A DNA stretch of 62,953 bases, filler included, from Octopus bimaculoides (Eukaryota), in NCBI RefSeq assembly GCF_001194135.2. It is 6 parts of 5 records of this genome, joined end to end, with 100 filler letters (N's around TTAATTAATTAA, not from the genome) between each part and the next. Parts side by side here need not be neighbours in the genome. Positions count along the whole stretch, not along the records: positions 1 to 25,031 come from NC_068985.1; positions 25,132 to 33,255 come from NC_068981.1; 4 more parts are not named here. One strand, written 5' to 3'. Both the position numbers and the translations under genes were made by a program. Below, one piece after another: positions 13,056 through 27,362 of the stretch. The notes beneath the pieces are model-generated. The model was not told the DNA's origin, made no database searches, and saw only the letters and a program-made list of their open reading frames with translations. Position 1 is the stretch's first letter, and every line of letters begins with the position of its first letter.

Positions 13056-13827
13056 GTTTCAAATTTTGCCATGAGGACAGCAATTTTGCTTGTTGAAAGG
13101 TTTAACAAAATTTAAAATGTGACACTTTTGTTGCATTTTGCAGGCTCGTTATGTTTATTAGATAATTCGAAAATATTATTAGAACGATACCCGATCATAT
13201 GGAAGGAGTGCGTCGCCAGGCATACATATACATACATATATATATATATACGTAAACGAGCATTCAAAGACACATGGAGATACTGACACAAACACGCACA
13301 CGACAGCACAATGCTTATCTCTGTTTCCGTCACGCTGTTATAGCTCTGGTGGCATACATGAAGCAAGGATACTCTCAGAGATTGAAACAGAGAATCGAGG
13401 AGCAAATTTGTTGCTAGATAAAACTACTTATGGAAGCATACACACCTTTATTTTTTAAAGTTCTTTTGATTTTGTACAAAAATTAAAAACAAACAGGAAA
13501 AAACGAATCATTTTTCAATCGCATTCTCTTATTATTTTTTCTTTCATCAAAATAATCTCTCTGTACACATCCACCCATCCATCCATCCATCCATCCATTT
13601 ACACATGCATACATACAAACATAAAAAGAGATAGATAGTTATGCATATATATATATGCATCCACACATACATATTTGTATGCATATATACATACATATAT
13701 ATTCACAAAAACATATATATATATATATACACAAATATATGCTTATATACATATACATACATACATACATATACATATATGTAGATATATATATACATAC
13801 ACACATATATATATATATACATACACA

Positions 13828-13885
<58 letters not shown>

Positions 13886-14561
13886 TATATGTGTGTGTGT
13901 TCGTGTGTATATATTTGTGTGTATGTGTGTGTGTGTTTGAATAATGTAGAATTTTTTCTGGATTTTCCATTTTCTCATTAAGTTTTGTAATATTTGAAAT
14001 ATTATTTCAGGAAAACGATTTTAACATTTCGATATTTCTCAGCACATGCTATCTTCCATGTGCGTATCTTGGGAACGGAAAATGGTTTTCCTTACATTTT
14101 GTATTTTAAACTTGCATTGAATGAAATATATGAAACACCAATGTAATGATTGTCGTTCTATTGTCCGTAAGGCGAGTATGTTTGAACTCAAGCATTTTGT
14201 AATGTATTTAGATACATCATTTCCTTAGAATCTCTAAGGTGTCATAAGAATATTTTATATCTATATTTACGCAACCTACTCTTTCGGCAGTTACCTTATT
14301 TATGTATATGTATAAATGTATATAAAAATACATATACATGTACGCGGGCGTGTGTACCTTGTGTTTGCGTGTGTACCTTGTTTAATGGCTTATTCGTTGC
14401 TCTCCCTATCATGAGTTTGTGGTTTCAATTGAGAATCACAGCCTCAGGCTCGAGTTTATATCACTTTTCTGTGACTGGACATTGATACACTTGGCTAACA
14501 TCCGAATGTTAAACCCTGCACTCTTACCTACTTGATGCTGGTTTTCTGTCTTCATTTAACT

Positions 14562-14824
14562 CAGAGGTTTCCAAAGTGAGCAGTATTGTTCCCTGGAGGA
14601 GGTGGAAATGTCAAAGGGGGCGTTGAAGAAAAGTGGGCGCCATAATGAGGTAGAAATTCAGGTAAAAACAAAAAAAATAATGGATTCATTATGTTAAGTT
14701 TTATTTGTGAAATACAGTTGCTTTGAATTTGCTTCAGAAAGAGGTCTATGTTTGTGATACTTACTTGGGATGGCAGCGCTGGGTGTAAAGAGGGCACCAG
14801 CCAGAAAATGTTTGGGAACCACTG
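14562..14824. mobile_element. hAT (Charlie-type) MITE
   Basis: TIRs CAGAGGTTTCCAAA / TTTGGGAACCACTG. The 8-bp flanks ATTTAACT/GCTTAGAT match only partly, consistent with an old copy. Confidence 0.7.
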
Positions 14825-15757
14825 GCTTAGATGATTCTACCTTTTCCACAGCTTCATTTGGACTGTGACAGAGTTTTATCGATGTTTTGCTTTTGAAATA
14901 AAGTATCATTACATTTTTCAGATACTAAATTGCACACAAAAATTGATTCTAATGGATACGGATATTTAATTTTACGATGTGAATACTTTTTACTTTGGAC
15001 ACATTGGCAAACATCTTGGGATGTTTACATACATGAAACTGCGATGCCATTAGAGAACTGTATGTAGCACAAACAAGACTTCACATCTGCATGTTGTATC
15101 ATTACAAATCTGTAGATAACATTTACCAGGTCTGGCACAGAATTCCACAAAAATACCTATCTATTCTGATACTTCTTTTTCAGCTTCCGTAAAATCTGCG
15201 AAAGCACTGCACTTGTGAATATGACTTATTCACAGCACTCCAACTAAGAACATACTGCGATGATAGATTTCAAGTTCTGTTTTGTTGGCGGGATAAGTGT
15301 TCCTCATTAAAGGGGGGCTTTTGGCCGAATATAATCTTCTATGAAAATTAATATTGTATGGCCAGACAATATAAAATTAACCACGAATAAGATGCTGTTT
15401 TTGTATGCATACCGAATGCTTATCTTCACGCAAATGTGAACAATCTATGAAATGCTTTACGTTACATGTATCTATTTTACAGAAGATACTTTATCCTTAC
15501 AAATTACCATATATTGAGAACAAGAAATAAGTATATTAGAACAAGAAATAAGTATATTATATTCGATGCATCCAGAGAAGGAGTGCATTGAGATGAAAAG
15601 TTAAATGAGTGCTGTCTCTATGTAGTCTCAATTCTCTGTTCCTAGGAGGAAGAATTCAATGAGATATCCACACGTATCTTAATCTAGTGTTGTTCAAACG
15701 ACGAAAGTACACCTAATAAACCCTATGTTATTTACGCATCGTTAGTGTGAACACTCA

Positions 15758-15801
<44 letters not shown>

Positions 15802-16002
15802 CGCACATAGGAACACACATACACGCTCACACACGCACAGGCACACACATACACAAGCACACACATAGTGTTTTCAAAATATAATGTAATTCCTAAATTC
15901 ATATTGTATGAATGATCGTCTTCTGTCTCATTGTGCTCTCTGTCGCTGTTATTCCGTTTGCCTGCGTATATATNNNNNNNNNNNNNNNNNNNNNNNNNNN
16001 NN

Positions 16003-16035
<33 letters not shown>

Positions 16036-16185
16036 CTTACACACATATACATGTATATATATATGTGTGTGTATATGTATATATACACATATATAGAGAG
16101 AGAAAGAGAGAGGCTGATACATAGATAGATATATAAATAGATAGTTAGATACATAGACGAACAAAATGACAGATAGATCAATAAG

Positions 16186-16219
<34 letters not shown>

Positions 16220-16551
16220 TATACATACATACATACATACATGCATACGAGATAAGCAAAGGGAGATACAGGCGTACAAACTTTACCATATAGCATTAAT
16301 TATAAATTCCTGATTTGTCAATATGTAAAGATGTTTTCGCCTCAAAAGGTTGGTCTACATTTACAAAATAGAACATGAGCAGAACTCGGTGTGAGTATTG
16401 GAAATACCCTCAAAACTCAACAACTCTATAGATTTAACATGTGAATGGCTTAGTTGAGGAGAGAGCACAACGGTGGGCCATGAATACGGGTAACTGCATC
16501 AATAGTCGTTGCCGACAATATATGAACACACTAAATGAAATACTAATACAT

Positions 16552-16599
<48 letters not shown>

Positions 16600-16626
16600 G
16601 AGTATATATATGCATATATGCATATA

Positions 16627-16654
16627 CTAGCTGACATACCCAGTAATTTCCGGG
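16627..16654 (-). mobile_element. Helitron-type 3' terminus
   Basis: Minus strand reads CCCGG-AAATTA-CTGGG hairpin, then TATGTCAG, CTAG and T. Confidence 0.55.
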
Positions 16655-17334
16655 AAAGCGGGGCTTATTCCTTAATTCTGTTCTTATAATTTTTTCACTA
16701 ATCCAGTAACAACAATACAAAGTGTGTAGCTCTTAAAACGGGTTTTGTGCATTTATTGCGAATAGCGAACTGTCTTACACAGGATCTTGTTTTTAGGAAT
16801 TCCCAATAAATTATGAATACACAAATTATGAAGTCAATTGTGTAATAGCATTAAATTAGTTACTCAATAGTAAGAATTCAAATAAAGTAGCCCCGAAAAG
16901 GACTTTAATACGTTCCAAGATGATAGAGAACTTAGGACGAAATACGAATAAGGTATGTATATAAAATCGTGAAGCATGTTACGTAATGACAGGGTAATCA
17001 GATATGAGATACTAACATTTCAAAGTAAATAACGGTGAAAAAAGCTTTTCTGCGTTCGCAGAGAATATTACCCTCGCTGGTGCTAGTGTTGGTATATTCG
17101 TAAATAAGTCACTAAGCGAAATAAGTGGATCTATTGTTTAGGAGAATACTATTTACTTGTTTAAGCGTTGTACTGGATAAATTACGAAAAAAACCTCAAA
17201 TAGTTCAAATACTAAGAATTAAGCATACCCAATTTGATTTAAACGAAATAAGTTACGAAAGGTTATTTCCTTTGGCTCTATATAAGAATCCGTTTCAGGA
17301 GCGAATGGGTTATCTCCCTTGTATGTATGTATGT

Positions 17335-17668
17335 ATGCATGTCTCTTGTATTTTTTAATTATTATAAAGCTTCCATTTGGCATGGAGCCAGTTTCCAACA
17401 ACGATACAAGACCCTAACTTTGGGATGATGTTAATGCAGACAAATTCACATTTGGAACTTGAGAAATGTCTTGCATATTTTTACTGTTCTACTCATAGAT
17501 TGGATTTGTAATGTACAAATCAGCTGGCCGATTTCTCTTTCTGAAAATCCCAGTTTATCCAGATTCTTCTTTAAAAATTTACTAACACAACCGCGTGCTC
17601 CAATTATTATTGGTATGAATAGGAATTCATAGTCTGGGTATAGAAGCTGGAGGTTTCAAAACAGATAC
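17335..17668 (-). pseudogene. 3' end of an RLE-type (R4/Dong/NeSL-like) LINE: ORF C-terminus 17655-17446 plus 3' UTR
   Basis: NLQLLYPDYEFLFIPIIIGARGCVSKFLKKNLDKLGFSEREIGQLICTLQIQSMSRTVKICKTFLKFQM* contains the P++GA.G motif and K+.KTFL end of RLE LINEs. It is absent from the ORF track because the frame has no early Met. Flanked by (CATA)n. Confidence 0.8.
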
Positions 17669-17677
17669 GTATGTATG

Positions 17678-17708
<31 letters not shown>

Positions 17709-20427
17709 TGTAGAATCTCACATGACCATCCTTAGCATTGAACTCACCTTATTGAAATTTACGTGGCGAGTCTGTTGGAAATGTGAATTAGATATGAAAT
17801 AGCATTCAGTTCCGTCAGTTCAGTAGGTATGCTTACAGGCGAAGGAGTTTGCTAGCAAAAATCGTATGATTATTATGGCGGACATTCTTCAGCAATTATT
17901 TTCCGTTGGGGTAAGCCATAGTTGCAGGCAGCGTCGGATTGAAGGATATAAAAAGATGAGAAAAATTCATGGCTGTACTCTATATAATAGATACATTTAT
18001 CTATAGACAATAATTAGCTACGGATATGGAATATGTCTGTGGAGCTTCAGCAAAAAGCACAGTTTTATTTCAGTGCTTAGTGATGTAACGTGGTGGCGAA
18101 TCTTCGCATATATGCATAAGGGCACGGTAAATTTCTATTTGTGTGTGTTTTTGTGTGTGTATTTGTGTGTGTATGTATACTACTGTCCCCTATACGGGTA
18201 GAGGTACACATACACACACGTATATATATATATATATATATATATNNNNNNNNNNNNNNNNNNNNNNNNNNNNNNNNNNNNNNNNNNNNNNNNNNNNNNN
18301 NNNNNNNNNNNNNNNNNNNNNNNNNNNNNNNNNNNNNNNNNNNNNNNNNNNNNNNNNNNNNNNNNNNNNNNNNNNNNNNNNNNNNNNNNNNNNNNNNNNN
18401 NNNNNNNNNNNNNNNNNNNNNNNNNNNNNNNNNNNNNNNNNNNNNNNNNNNNNNNNNNNNNNNNNNNNNNNNNNNNNNNNNNNNNNNNNNNNNNATATAT
18501 ATATATATATATACATATATATGTATATTTGTATGTACCATGAGATAGGAAGTGTTTGCGAGAATTGAGAAAGGAAAAAATTCGGAGAAGACAGAATTCA
18601 GAGAGACGAGATCGAGTAGCATAAAGATATAAAGAAAATGAATTTGTAAAAGATAAGAGAAGGTTGAGAATAAACTAAATAAAATATATAAAAAAAAAAC
18701 GCTACAGCGAAATGGTGAAAAAGCTCCAAGGTTAGAATGAAGTAATGAGGTCGAAAAATAACCTAAGATTTCATAAGTAAATGAAAAAAACAAACAGGGA
18801 ATATTAGATAAGTATGTTTAAAAGAGAAGAGAAAAAGATATTATGTTTGGATATCCGAGAACAAAGAAAATAACATAAATGAAGCATAACTAAGGTAAAC
18901 ATTAGGATAAAACCAGTATATTTGTGTGTGTGTGTGTGTATATACATATTTGTATGTATGTATTATGTATGTATGTGTGTATGTATGTACGTACGCATAT
19001 ATGTATGTTTGTACGTCTGCAGGTATGCATGTGATCATGCTTGCATTTATGCATGCGTATATCTATATATATGGAGAGTGTGAAAAAGGAAATATCGAGA
19101 AAAAGAGCAAGATAACATAATTGGAAGTCCTGATGTGTTGATATGGTGGCAGCGTTTAGAGAACGAATACGTCGTTAGAGGATAAATAGGAAAGAAAAAA
19201 GAAAAGATATTGAATTAAGTTCGATCTAGGAGAGAAAGAGCCAGATAACGAAGTAGAATTAGAGAGAGAGTATGTACACATGACGTTATTTATAAAATCA
19301 AATAGAAGTAAATACAGAAAAAACATGCGCACCACTCTTAAAAAAGCGCACATAATACAAGAAATACAACATAGAAAAAAAAACGGTATATAAATGAGCG
19401 AACCGGCTTAGGTTCAGCAGTAAAAATATAAAAAGAAAAAATATATGAATACCAAGAAAGGGGGAAAAAAACTAATGAAGTATAGGAATAGTAAAAAAGG
19501 TAAAAACAAAACATAGATAAGATGCAAAAAATGGATAAATCAATGTACACTCATCTGCACTTGTGTGGATTCATTGCCAGACGTACCATGCGAAATGAAT
19601 GACGAAATACATGTGGTAAGCAGCATTTACTGTCAATACTGACAATAGCAAACTAGTGTTCTTACGCAAATACGCTGTGACAGATTTAGACTGATTTTAA
19701 AGGAAGATTTTAACTAAAAATAGTTGTACAATTAATGGCAATTTAAAACGTTTTTCCTCGCATTATTTATATATTCTTATATGGTATCCTGTAATATTTT
19801 TTTATTGTGACTGACAAAAAGCGTAATGTTAGTAGACACGCATAGAGCGACACGCATACAAAGTATAAAAACGTATACTAATATTTTATTACAAACTAGA
19901 AAAACAAATAACGCTCTGAAGGAGTGTAATATTAACACTTACGTTAGATGGCAGTGCCATTGTAAAAACAACATGCACACACACACACACACACACACCT
20001 CGAAATGTATGTGTGTGTATATTTATATATATATATATATTTATTTATATGTATGTGTGCGTGCGTGCGTATTTATACATACATATATGTAAACATATAT
20101 ACGTGTATGTAAGTTTTTATACACACACACATATATTATAAGAAACTCGAATACCATTTAAAACTTACGACATTGTTTCGGTAGAACTTTAGTCAATGTA
20201 GTCATAAAAGATTACGTAATAATAATAATGTTGGCTGTGTTCTGGTCGATTATATAAAAGTTTACTTAATAATGGTGGATTTTATATAATGTTGCAATCT
20301 TTTATGACAGTATTAAATAAAATTTAACCGAAACAGCTGTCATACATTTTAAACGCGATTCTTCCTTATAAATTTACTAGCAGAGATACACGGCATTGCT
20401 CGAGATTAAAATAGAATAGTTTGTATA

Positions 20428-21086
20428 TATCAGGTCACCCCATAAGTCCTGACCGTGTTTTCCCTTTGTGTTAATTGAATGAAATTTAATTTTTTTTTAG
20501 GATGTCTAATGGAATTAAAAATTGTTTTGATCCCTTTGTGTGTATTTAAACTAATTAAATATTATTTTATAGAATAATAGAATTAAAGATTATATCATGA
20601 AAGTATCCAAAGAACATTTAAGGCACATAATGCTTTATGAGTACAAAAAAGGAAACTCTGCAGCCGAAGCGACTCGAAACATACACTCAGTTTATGGGAA
20701 ACAATGCTTGAATGAAAGAAGTTGCACAAGATGGTTTGCAAAATTCAGAAGTGGAGATTTCAGCCTTGAATATGAAGATCGAACAGGACGTCCAGTTTAG
20801 TTTGATGATAAGCTCCTTGAGGCATTACTTGAAGAAAATCCTGCATTATCAGTTGAAGAATTGGAAATAAAGCTTAGTTCAAACGATACAACTGTTCATC
20901 GCCATCTTCAACCACTTGGAAAGGTTCCTAAACTTGGAAAATGGGTGCCACATGAATTGTCCGAAAGCAACCACAAATGTGGTTTGACATTTGCTCTTCA
21001 CTCCATTCTCGTGAACTAATTTCACCGTTTTTAGATCGACTTTTGACTTGTGGCGACAGATAGATCTTTTATCGAAATGCTAAACG
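20428..21086 (+). mobile_element. 3'-truncated mariner transposon (left TIR + N-terminal transposase pseudogene from 20597)
   Basis: TA-TCAGGTCACCCCATAAGT left end; MKVSKEHLRHIMLYEYKKGNSAAEA...RWFAKFRSGDFSLE...GRP*, then WVPHEL and a frameshifted FLDRLLTCGD. No second or third catalytic Asp and no right TIR seen. Confidence 0.92.
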
Positions 21087-22374
21087 TCATATGTTAAATA
21101 CTTACTTATTGACTATAAGAAGACATAAGGGGGGATGGGCGAAACTGTTGTGATTTTTATATGCCTGTCTGAGATACAAAATGAACCCCAACATAATATG
21201 ATGCATTTAATCATAATTGTACCGGCTCTTGCAGTTCCTGAACCGATCAGATATGCTTATTATTTCTGCAACACCAGTTCTAATACACTACCGAATGGTC
21301 TAGCTCAAGTGTGAAAGTCGATAGTATTTACGAAACAACGAAATCAAAAAATATTCGCAATTTTGCAGATTTACTAGAAAATATACGGCTACAGCGTTTG
21401 ATCATCGCCTATTACATTGGATAAAAGATCAATTCCATCGCTCACAATGCGTATTCAATAAGAACGGAGAAACCTAATCTTGATTGGTAAAGGAGGATAA
21501 CAATTCAGTAAACGTGTTTTCACAAACATGTATCAATAAATCTTATTGATTAATGTAATCTTTCGATATTAAATGAATATTCTTGTTTACTACATACATT
21601 CAAATTCATCTGATGTTGTTAAGCAAAAAGTATCACAGCTACGAGCATAATACCACAATAATTACATAGCATAAACAGAATCTAAAGCCACACTTAATTT
21701 TGTGGGTTCAATGTCGTGAAAACCCCATTTTCTTATATCTCAAAATATTTGACTGCTGGGTCTTCTGAAACGAAGCAACAGTATGTATCCATTCTTTCGA
21801 TTCTTACTTGTGTGTGTATAGATTATTTAAAGGAAAAGTAAATAGATGTTCGTCTAAGGTGAAAGATATGATAATAATAAAAATTAGATATGAGGGAAGC
21901 AGAATATCAGAACAAAGTAAAGCTTTGGTCAGGACTATGTAATCTATTGTGACCTATTGTTAATCTTTGATAACAAGTATACGAGATATAGAATGAATGG
22001 ATCTCCAGAAATCCAATTTTAGTGTTGAATGGCGTGAATCCTTTGGGCTTAGGGTTGCACAAAAGAGTCGATTCATCTCTGTATAAAATGTTAGATAAGA
22101 AAAGATGGGCAGTATTAGAAATTGTTTGAGCAAAAGGTAAAAAATCAAATGACTGTTTGAAAAAAATAAGAAAAAAAAAGGAACAAAAATAATCTCATAA
22201 TCTTCTGGATTATAGTAGGACGAAAACATTGACGCCGGTGACCGAAATGCATAAAAATGAATGAAAAGAAATGTTGAAAGAATCTGCCACACAAACATAA
22301 ATGCATACACCGTGCATATATGCATGCACAAGGCCATACACTTACACTCATAAACACACACATGCGCACACGTG

Positions 22375-22447
<73 letters not shown>

Positions 22448-23065
22448 ACATACATACATACATANNNNNNNNNNNNNNNNNNNNNNNNNNNNNNNNNNNN
22501 NNNNNNNNNNNNNNNNNNNNNNNNNNNNNNNNNNNNNNNNNNNNNNNNNNNNNNNNNNNNNNNNNNNNNNNNNNNNNNNNNNNNNNNNNNNNNNNNNNNN
22601 NNNNNNNNNNNNNNNNNNNNNNNNNNNNNNNNNNNNNNNNNNNNNNNNNNNNNNNNNNNNNNNNNNNNNNNNNNNNNNNNNNNNNNNNNNNNNNNNNNNN
22701 NNNNNNNNNNNNNNNNNNNNNNNNNNNNNNNNNNNNNNNNNNNNNNNNNNNNNNNNNNNNNNNNNNNNNNNNNNNNNNNNNNNNNNNNNNNNNNNNNNNN
22801 NNNNNNNNNNNNNNNNNNNNNNNNNNNNNNNNNNNNNNNNNNNNNNNNNNNNNNNNNNNNNNNTATATATATATATATATCAAAAGGATGTGTTATAATA
22901 CTATTCCACATATACTAAAGTAGCCATACCAACAATCCAACATATCTCCATCATCAGCTGCCCCACGAATATCATTACAGTATCGACAACTTGGCACTAC
23001 CATTCAATCCTGTGATGTCAACAGCACTAATATATATATACATATGTGTGTTTGTGTGTGTGTAT

Positions 23066-23285
23066 TCTCCCACTTGTTTCAGTTATTTGTCTGCGTCCAT
23101 GCTGGAGCACTGCCTTCAAGAAATGTTTTTAGCCGAAGAAATCGACTCCAGGACTTATTTTTTATGCCTAGCACTTATTCTGTCGGTGTGCTTTGCGGAA
23201 CCACTAATTTACGGGGAAATAACCACACTAATATTGGTTGTCAAGAGATGGTGGTGGAGACAAACGCAGACAGAACGTCACACAC
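23066..23285 (-). mobile_element. SINE A 3' half
   Basis: CTTGTTTCAGT.ATT...CATGCTGGAGCACTGCCTT...CAGGACTTATT is the reverse complement of 49380-49480. Confidence 0.85.
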
Positions 23286-24041
23286 ACATAAGGTATGATA
23301 TATCTCTTGAACAACACATTGACACATATACATATATATATGCACACACAGAAACATTTTATGTGTTTCTAATGTACGTGTTTCTAATGACGTTAACTGC
23401 GAGGATTCTTTTAGTAGGCCTGTGTGTGAGTTTGAATTTGTGAATACGTTTGTGTGTGAGTCTATATGTATTTTTCTCCGTGTATTTTAGGATGCATATA
23501 TGTTTGTGACCATGCAGGCTTTAGGAGAAACCGAATCATAGAAAAAACAGAAGTTAAAATGCTGATGTAAATCATAGTAAAAATGAATTCATTATGTTTG
23601 TAGAAAGTCCGTACAAATTACAAAAATGTGGATGCGATGTATATTAGAAGGAAATTGCTAAATAGACCCCTGGAGACGACCATCTAACTCAGAAGCATAC
23701 AATTTTGGGGGGATCATTTAATTGTACTCCTCCACGCCGAGTATTCCAGCCTCCTGATATTTTCCAAGATCGTGGAAAATAACCACATACATTTCACTCT
23801 CTAACAACAGACCGTCCTAAGCGTAAGCTGCGTAAATACGTTAAAGATCCATGAATTAAATGCATGTAGGAACAAAATATGTAACGGCGACATATTAACC
23901 GCATTTCAATTCATCAGCGCATATTCAGAAGAGGAAGCCTGTAACGCATAACATTTTATGGAATCCCAACTTCGCATATGTGTGAGGAAGACGTTTTGGG
24001 AGAACAATGCCAAGTACGGTAGTTTTAATTCATCTCTTAAG

Positions 24042-24089
24042 AGCTGACGAGACTACAAATCTAGAAGCAACATTCAGTGATTCTGAAAG
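24042..24089 (+). CDS. Candidate 48-nt internal exon of an unknown host gene
   Basis: TTTTAATTCATCTCTTAAG acceptor, AAG|GTAAGT donor, and only one open frame (ADETTNLEATFSDSE), symmetric phase 2. No homology evidence. Confidence 0.3.
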
Positions 24090-25031
24090 GTAAGTGGAGA
24101 TAATTTCATGAAATAAGATTAAATCTGTAAAGTTAATTCACTTGCTTAGGGAAAGAACGATATTTCGCTTAGAAATTAAATTTATTTAGAAATTAAATTT
24201 ACTTGAAAAATTAATTACAATTTTTTCTTGATTATTTCCATGTTTCCTGTAAAGTAGCGAACAGTTGCCGCCATACGATTACGTTCATTGTACAATCATG
24301 GCGAAATTTTAATCAAATGAGAAATGTTTGCAATGCATTTACTGTGACCACGTTAATTATACGAAGCTCATTGTATTTTGAAATATGTGAAAGAGTATGA
24401 AAGAAGAGAGAAAAGAAAAGCGATCGATTTGGAAGTAAGGCCACTTGTTCAATACAATGATATCACTAGAAAAACATATGATAGTAATTAGTTGTATGAC
24501 GGCTGATGTTAACCTCAACTAAAAACGTACAAGCGCGGGAATGAAGAGTCTGGAATCACTTTGTAAGCATTATTTTTGTGACCGACTAATGCTAAACTGC
24601 AGATATTCTTAGAATATCTGATCTCACATGTAAGGGTAGATATTCCTCTATTTCATTTCATGAACAGCATTATCCCAACGCGATGATTTTCTTTATCTAT
24701 TTCTTTTTTTTTTTGTTAGGTCGAAATTGCAATCAGATTTCCCCATCCGATGGAGGTTATATTTAGATGCGAATGAAATTTCAACATACATCGAGTTACC
24801 TTTGCCAATATACCCAGTTTGGCATATGGTTATTCAATTTGCAGAGGAAAATGAGTTAGGGATCTGAGGTGTCTTTCTGAAGCCAATATATTTGAATGTA
24901 TATGAATACAATATGCGACAAGTTTTGCTTTCAAAATGGAACCTATACCAGGAAATAGTTAATAACTGTGAATTTATAGGTTTGTTTACTAGATGTACTT
25001 GGCCGTACTATATATATATATATATATATAT

Positions 25032-25131
25032 NNNNNNNNNNNNNNNNNNNNNNNNNNNNNNNNNNNNNNNNNNNNTTAATTAATTAANNNNNNNNNNNNN
25101 NNNNNNNNNNNNNNNNNNNNNNNNNNNNNNN
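25032..25131. other. Assembly spacer N44-TTAATTAATTAA-N44 (also 33256-33355, 37587-37686, 49941-50040, 60362-60461)
   Basis: Five identical 100-nt cassettes; the 12-mer places stops in all six frames. Confidence 0.97.
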
Positions 25132-25325
25132 ATATATATGTATGTATGTATTATATATTATATCCACACGCATACTACACACATTTTTGAATCGATGTGA
25201 ATGCACTGTTTCCTTCTATGTAGACTCACACACACACACACACACAGAGACTCATGTCTCTAAATACAGACTCTTCATTCTACATGTACTATAATAGGAA
25301 TACATAAATCGAAGGCTGTCGCTTT

Positions 25326-25377
<52 letters not shown>

Positions 25378-26476
25378 CACACACACAGAGTCACATAAAT
25401 GTTCATTTCTTTGATTCGGCCTTGTAATGTAACTGTTTGTGTATGCATGTTTGTGTGCTTATGTGTTTGTGGAGTGTGTGTGTGTGTGCGTGTGTGTGTC
25501 CGTCCGTTCATTCCCCTATATGTTTATTTACACATGCTGTCTGCCTATGATAGAAGTAATACAGTAATACGAGGCGTTGGTACTAAAAGCTAGAAATAAA
25601 ATAACATCTGAAAACTTTCTGTTTCCTATTCCTTCTTCTTCTATCATTCTCTATCCTTCTCCCTCTTCCGCTCCCTTTCTCTCGCTCTCTCTCCCTCTCT
25701 CTCTCTAACTAACCCTGCAAAACCGTCTTCAAGAGTCCCCACAACTCTTATTTTTTTAATAATCTACAGCGTTGAAAGTATTCCTTTACCAGAACCAAAC
25801 AAAAATAAGCAATATAACTTTATCTTTGTGTATTTTTCCTGTGTATTTTTCTTATCAACGTAATTCTTTGAACGTGGCTTCAGATTCCGATAGGCCTTGT
25901 AAATCTTTTGTCAGTGTGACCTAACTACACCAATAGTCATGTTTTCACATCTAATTTAAGAATTTGTTTCATGTCTCTTCGTATATCGTTCAACTTCAAG
26001 TCAAATAGAACTAAAATAATTTATTCTTGCTTTAACTTGGATTCTCAGTTCCTTGGTGGAGTTTTAAGGATGCCTTTGCGACATTCGGTGTGTTTTGGCC
26101 ATTTTTAGACCCAGTTCTCTGCCGCTTTGAGCACTGCTGATTTATTCCAGGAGTGGAAAGCCACCGACCTTCTTACAAGACGAACCCTTTACTTATCTGT
26201 CTTTAAAGAACCAAAGATTAAGTTGACATTAGCCGGACTTGAACTCATGGCGCAGAGCAAAGTCTGTTACCACAGAGTAATCTATGCGACGCTCTAACGA
26301 TTCTGCCGATCGGCCACCCATAATTTAGGTCTGAGGATTGTGGTTCGAACGAATCGTTAGATACAATGGCTTGCGGTATTTACTACGTCCAGTTATGGTG
26401 GGAGTTTAGTTTCCCCTGAGATCGATGTCTCACCGTTGTATGATTGATTAAATACACATCTTAATTAAATTAGAAT

Positions 26477-26678
26477 TGGTTTCAAATTTTGGTACATGAC
26501 CTACAAGTTCGGCGGATTCCATCGAACCGAGTGCTCAGCTGGTAATTACTTTATCGATCTCGAGAGGATGAATGCCAAAGTCGACCTCGGAAGAATTTGA
26601 ACTCAGAACTTAAAGGCAGACAAAATTCCACTAAGCATTTTCCCCGGCGTGCTAACGACTCTGCCAGCTCGCCGCCTT
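26477..26678 (-). mobile_element. SINE B, near full length (degenerate copies also at ~26180-26320 (-) and ~26345-26440 (+))
   Basis: Reverse complement starts AAGGCGGCGAGCTGGCAGAGTCGTTAGCACGCCGGGG.AAATGCTTAG, as at 62628. Confidence 0.9.
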
Positions 26679-26705
26679 TCATTAAGTTAATATTAGCATA
26701 TTCAT

Positions 26706-27093
26706 GTGGAGGCACAATGGCCCAGTGGTTAGGGCAGAGGACTCGCGGTCGAAGGATCGCGGTTTCGATTCCCAGACCGGGCATTGTGAGTGTTTATTGA
26801 GCGAAAACACCTAAAGCTCCACAAGGCTCCCACAGGGGATGGTGGCGAACCCTGCTGTACTCTTTCACCATAACATTTCTCTCACTCCTTCTTCCTGTTT
26901 CTGTTGTGCCTGTAATTCAAAGGGTCAGCCTTGTCACACTGTGTCACGCTGAATCTCCCCGAGAACTACGTTAATAGTACACGTGTCTGTGGAGTACTCA
27001 GCCACATGCACGCTAATTTCACGAGCAGGCTGTTCCGTTGATCGGATCAACTGAAACCCTCGTCGTCGTAACCGACGGAGTGCCAAAAACAAC
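26706..27093 (+). mobile_element. SINE C, full length
   Basis: A box TGGCCCAGTGG, B box GTTTCGATTCCC, tail CGTAACCGACGGAGTGCCA + (AAC)n; copies at 41422 and 43189. Confidence 0.95.
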
Positions 27094-27362
27094 ATTAACA
27101 TATTTAATGCAGTTGGTTCGACAAAATAAATCGATGAAATATATGCCCTATTGAAAATAAGTGGTTGGCTAAGAATTGTTGACTAAATTTCTCCTTGCTA
27201 GTGCCCAATATTTTGTGTTTATTTGTTTTATGGAAGAATCAACCCCACCCCTCTTTCTTCCCTACAAGACTGACGAAGCTAACTTCTCATTGAACAACTT
27301 CCAGGCGACAATCTGTAGGAAAGCATTTCGGAACCATGCTGTAATGAGGAAGAAAGATTGGT

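Noticed and set aside
13350-13415. AYMKQGYSQRLKQRIEEQ resembling a GIY-YIG YIG..RL..R..EH segment
   Set aside because: Too short, key residues are missing and there are no supporting flanking motifs.
24044-24070. CTGACGA hammerhead-like start
   Set aside because: Followed by GAAG rather than GAAA, and the stems do not form.
25076-25087. TTAATTAATTAA recurring five times
   Set aside because: Always centred in N44-12-N44. It is an assembly spacer, not biology.
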